From the human T2T-CHM13v2.0 reference genome, Homo sapiens, in the NCBI RefSeq assembly GCF_009914755.1, contig NC_060934.1: a DNA stretch of 64,000 bases, one strand, 5' to 3'. This document shows positions 56,250 to 64,000 of the stretch, one piece after another. A model generated the notes under the pieces. The model was given only the letters and a program-made list of their open reading frames with translations, was not told the DNA's origin and searched no databases. The stretch's first letter is position 1. Each line of letters begins with the position of its first letter. Made by a program: the position numbers and the translations under genes.

Positions 56250-57103
56250 TCCTTTTCCCTTTAGAGAAAAAAGAAAAAAAAAGGTGCAGCTCACTGCCAG
56301 TGCCCATTTAGTTTTACATTAACATGTTCTTTGAGGTTGAAGCAAATCTGACCGATTTTCAATGTAAAAATAACATATAAAAACTGTTCTCGGAGTTATT
56401 TCTAAACAGAACTAAGATCAGAATTCTTTGAATCATCAGAATCATCTCTTTTGAAAAATCGATTCATCAAATGAATCTTCAGCCAACAACTGTTCAAGAA
56501 GGATTCAAATATCACAGGTAAGAATCCTACATTTTCTAAGATGTGACATTGTCAGTGAGCTGAAAATATGATTACTATATTTTGTAAATGGAAATACCAT
56601 TACAAAAACAGAAAGCTATAAAAGGAATGATGTCTTTTGTTTCCAAAGTCAACATACTAGAGTGATTCAAAAATAATAAGAAGTCAGGTGCGGTGGCTCA
56701 TGCCTTTAATCCTAACATTTTGGGCGGCTGATGCGGGTGGATCACTTGAGGTTGGGAGTTCGAGACCAGCCTGGCCAACCTCGTCTGGCCAGTGAATGGT
56801 GGTGAAACCTCGTCTCTACTGAAAATACAAAAATTAGCCAGGTATGGTGGCATGTGCCTGTAGTCCCCGCTACTCGGGAGGCTGAGGCAGGTAGAATCAC
56901 TTGAACCTGGGAGGCGGACGTTGCAGTGAACTGATATTGCACCACTGCACTCCAGCCTGGTCAACAGAGCAAGAATCTGTCTCAAATAATAATAACCATA
57001 ATCATAATCATAAAAGCGAGATAGTTTGTGGCAAAGTTTTCTCAGGGTAAACTGCCACCACAAGTGCCACTGGTGAGAATTCTTGGGTCAAATGAAAAAA
57101 GGG
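56250..57103 (-). mobile_element. MER75 (piggyBac-derived non-autonomous DNA transposon) with an internal Alu
   Basis: TTAA TSDs at 56246-56249 and 57104-57107; CCTTTTCC/AAAAGGG terminal inverted repeats; body matches the recalled MER75 consensus. Confidence 0.88.
56682..57010 (+). mobile_element. Alu with a ~20-bp internal insertion and an (ATA/ATC)n tail
   Basis: Alu dimer; extra CTCGTCTGGCCAGTGAATGG after GGCCAAC. Confidence 0.9.
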
Positions 57104-57829
57104 TTAAATGCAAGGCAGGTCATCAGCAAAGTACAGTACCTGTTCGTGAGTTGATTTTCTCTCCAGTCCGACATATTCCTCAATATGATTTTTAAATAGA
57201 ATAGGGATCTCACTGGAGGACATGCAAGTAATTTAAATTTGTTCATACATATAGGCAGGGCCCAGAGAGATTAAGAGCACATGTGGTTTAAATGCTGTTA
57301 TCTCTGCTTTGTGAATAGCATGGTAAGTTGAAAATATTTGCCATTGAAGCAAGGGACTATTTGCCTCAAGGTTAAATAAGACAAGAAGAGCTTCAGATGC
57401 CTGGTCTGCAGTGATGAGTAGAACAGGCCCTTCTGCTGTTGGGTGCAGACATTTCTCCTCCACCTTCTTTAAGGCATTAACACTCACTAGACGTGTTCAT
57501 GTAAAGGTGTCTCGATAGTGTTAACTCCAGTCTCCTTGTGAGTCTTGCTGACTCACCATGACTAGAGGACTTGGATGGCATGCTAGACCTTCCAGTAGCC
57601 AGCCTGGATCATTGTACTTGTTCTGAGTTGCACAGGTGTTTTACTTTTGTGCCAGGTGGTTGGAAATAGGCACATAAAATGGAGCTATTTGTTTTAAAAT
57701 CATTTCATTTATTGATGCTCTTGTCCAGTGTGTCTGAGGGTGGTATCTGCCTTCCCAGGAGGCAGGAGTGGGGCCCCCAACTGAGGAGCTCATGGTGCAC
57801 TCTTAGCTTTTAAGACTTGTCATACAGGG

Positions 57830-58490
57830 TGCAATAAAACAAAATGTGCCACTCAAAATGTACTTTTTTGGTATATTTTGATCTTGCTGTTAAGAGGGGC
57901 TACAATTCAGAGAGGCTGCAGACACAGAAATAGCCCTGAAAAGCTTTCTTCTCTGGCAGAGATTTGCAAGTGCTGAGGAAATACACGTTAGTGAAGTGAA
58001 CAGAGGAGAAAAGCATTTCTCTGAGGCACACCCCACCCCCACCTTATCTGCCTAATTGGATCAAGGAAAGATTAACTCCCAGGAAAAACAGACTGAGATC
58101 CTAATGCTTTAAAGGTCTGACTGAGAAACTTCTCCATAGGCCACTGTCTATCTTCCTGAGGGCAGCTTGGGGAGCCCCTGAGAGACTCACATCTGTGTGG
58201 GGACAGCCTTGGCTCACCATGCATACCTCTCTCTCTCCCCCATTACCTGAGACCCCACCTCCCCGAGAGACCCCAAGCCCCTATTCTCTCTGTAGCCTCA
58301 GGATGTGAGGAAATCTTCAATCATCTGGTCCTGCTTGGAGTCTCATATTTGCTGCTCCATGTACATGTATATGAATTTATATGCATTTTATGTTAATTAT
58401 TCCATTGTCAGTGTATCTTATGTAATCAAGTCACCAAAACTTCAGAAGGGCGAGGAAAGAAAATTTTCTTTGCACCTGCAGGGGTATCTG
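57830..58490 (+). mobile_element. MER34/39-like ERV1 solo LTR
   Basis: CAAAATGTGCCACTCAAAATGTAC, CAGAAATAGCCCTGAAAAGCT, GGAAAGATTAACT; related to the host LTR at 52402. Confidence 0.55.
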
Positions 58491-58884
58491 CATGGTATGC
58501 AAAGCAGAAAAGTTAAAGCGAAATAATGAATCAGAGTCAGGGAATGAGCAAACATGACCTGGACAATGGCAATGAAGGAATTGTGCACGGCCTCTATACT
58601 GGTATTTACATAACTGAGGTCCATCAGTGCCAAGATCTTTGTCTTTTTTCTTTCCTTCCCTCTCACTGCCCATGTCCGGACATAGGCCGGTAAGAGCGTC
58701 TGGTTAAGATGTGGAGTAAGAACATCTGGTTAAGATGTGGAGATGGGAAACACTGTATGGGAATGTGAATGAGTGTGTGAAAATGTTAAAAATCGTGTTG
58801 AGAAAAAAATCTTTCCTTGTGCAAGTATACTTACTTGCATAATTATCACCTTTAGTTTTGTAATTATAAGATTTCTCAGAGCCT

Positions 58885-60252
<1,368 letters not shown>

Positions 60253-60679
60253 CTCTCCTGTGTCTCTCCCCTGAGGCTTCTCTGCAAAACATCACTGCCC
60301 AGCTTAGCATCTGTCCTGGGCACTGGTAATAATGTGGTACCATTCATCCTCTCCTAGCATTTGATCACTCATCAGGAGCCCTCAGCCCCATGGGGAAGAG
60401 GACAGAAGAAGAAACCAGTGAGCTCCTGATTTCTTGCTTCTTTCTGTCAGTGTTTTTTCTAATATCTCCAAGTTGCAAGAGAGAAGTAGAAGCTACATGG
60501 CATTCACCCTAAACCTACTTGCATGATGCATTCTGTTTGTCTTAGAAGGATCATTGTACTTTATCATAAGAGGAAAAAACATTCTCCATTCTAGCAATTC
60601 TCTGGATGATTCTGCCTTAAATAGAGGGAGTTTTACTGTCTAGATTGAGCTTCTGCTCCTTGGTCCACTCCTCTTGAAA

Positions 60680-61606
60680 CTTTACTGAGGTTGTTTATTA
60701 AATCTAGGAGTCTTTTTGAGGAACCTTTAGGGTTTTCTAGGTATATAATCCTGTCATCAGCAAACAAAAATAATCTGACTTTTATTTTTGCTACTTAAAT
60801 GCCTTTTATTTATTTTCTTTACCTGATTGCCATGAATAGTACTTCCAATTTTGTGTTGAATAGGAGTGGTGGAGTGGACATCCTTGTCTTGTTCCAGTTC
60901 TTAGGGGAAAGGTTTTCAAGTTTTCTCCATGCAATATGACATTGGCTGTTAATTTGTCCTAGATGTCCCTTATTATTTTGAGTCATGTTCCCTTGATGTC
61001 TAGTTTACTGAGAGTTTTTATCATAAAGGTTTTATGTTGCATTTTATCAAAACTCGGCATCTGTTGGGATGATCATTTTTTTTTTGCTTTTAAGCATGTT
61101 TATATGGTGAATCGTGGTGTAATCATGTTCAGTGATTTGTGTATGTTTAATCATCCTTGCATCCCTGGAATGAAATCCATTTGGTCATGACGAATTATCT
61201 TTTTGATGTGCTATTGGATTTAGTTTGCTAGTATTTTGTTAAGAATATTTGTGACCATGTTTTCCAAGGATATGTTCCTCTAGTTTTATTTTTCTGTTCT
61301 GTTTTTGCCTGATTTTGGTATCAGGATGATACTAGTTTAGTAGAACAATTAGGGAGGAATGTCTCCACATTTTTTTAAAAGAGATTCCATAAAATTGGTA
61401 CCAGCTCTTCTTTCCATGTGTGGCAGAATTGAGTTGTGAATCTCTCTGGTCCCACGCTATTTTTCACTAGAAAATTTTTAATTACTGATTTGATTTAATT
61501 ACAGAGTATTTTTCATTACTCATTATGGGTCTGCTCTGGATTTCTATTTCTTCCTGATTCAATGTTGGGAGGTTGTGTGTTTCCAGGAATTTATCTATTT
61601 TCTCTA
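60680..61606 (-). mobile_element. Older L1 ORF2 fragment
   Basis: Diverged match to the same RT region seen in the younger L1 (GTCATCAGCAAACA, CATCCTTGTCTTGTTCCAG). Confidence 0.85.

Positions 61607-64000
<2,394 letters not shown>

Overview
Human (primate) genomic DNA, mostly transposable elements, recognisable as part of the AKR1C (aldo-keto reductase 1C) cluster, most likely the interval upstream of the canonical AKR1C3 exon 1 on chr10p15. That placement is inferred from recalled AKR1C sequences, not from a search. No complete protein-coding gene is present. AKR1C-derived pieces: an orphan AKR1C8/AKR1CL1-like exon 1 (2666-2755), and a compact internally deleted AKR1C paralogue with promoter, intact exon 1 (27325-27408), exon 9, 3'UTR and polyA signal (30143-30410) but no recognisable exons 2-8. 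The window also holds a HERV-K(HML-1)/LTR14A 5' half fused tail-to-tail to a near-complete HERV-K(HML-4)/LTR13A provirus with a truncated 3' LTR, a two-LTR HERV9/LTR12 provirus, a two-LTR MER61 element, a truncated solo LTR12, nested MER4-group LTRs, a piggyBac-derived MER75, Tigger fragments, several Alus and L1s, and an old ~1.1-kb duplication shared by the two ends. Repeat subfamily names come from recalled consensus sequences and should be confirmed with RepeatMasker/Dfam.
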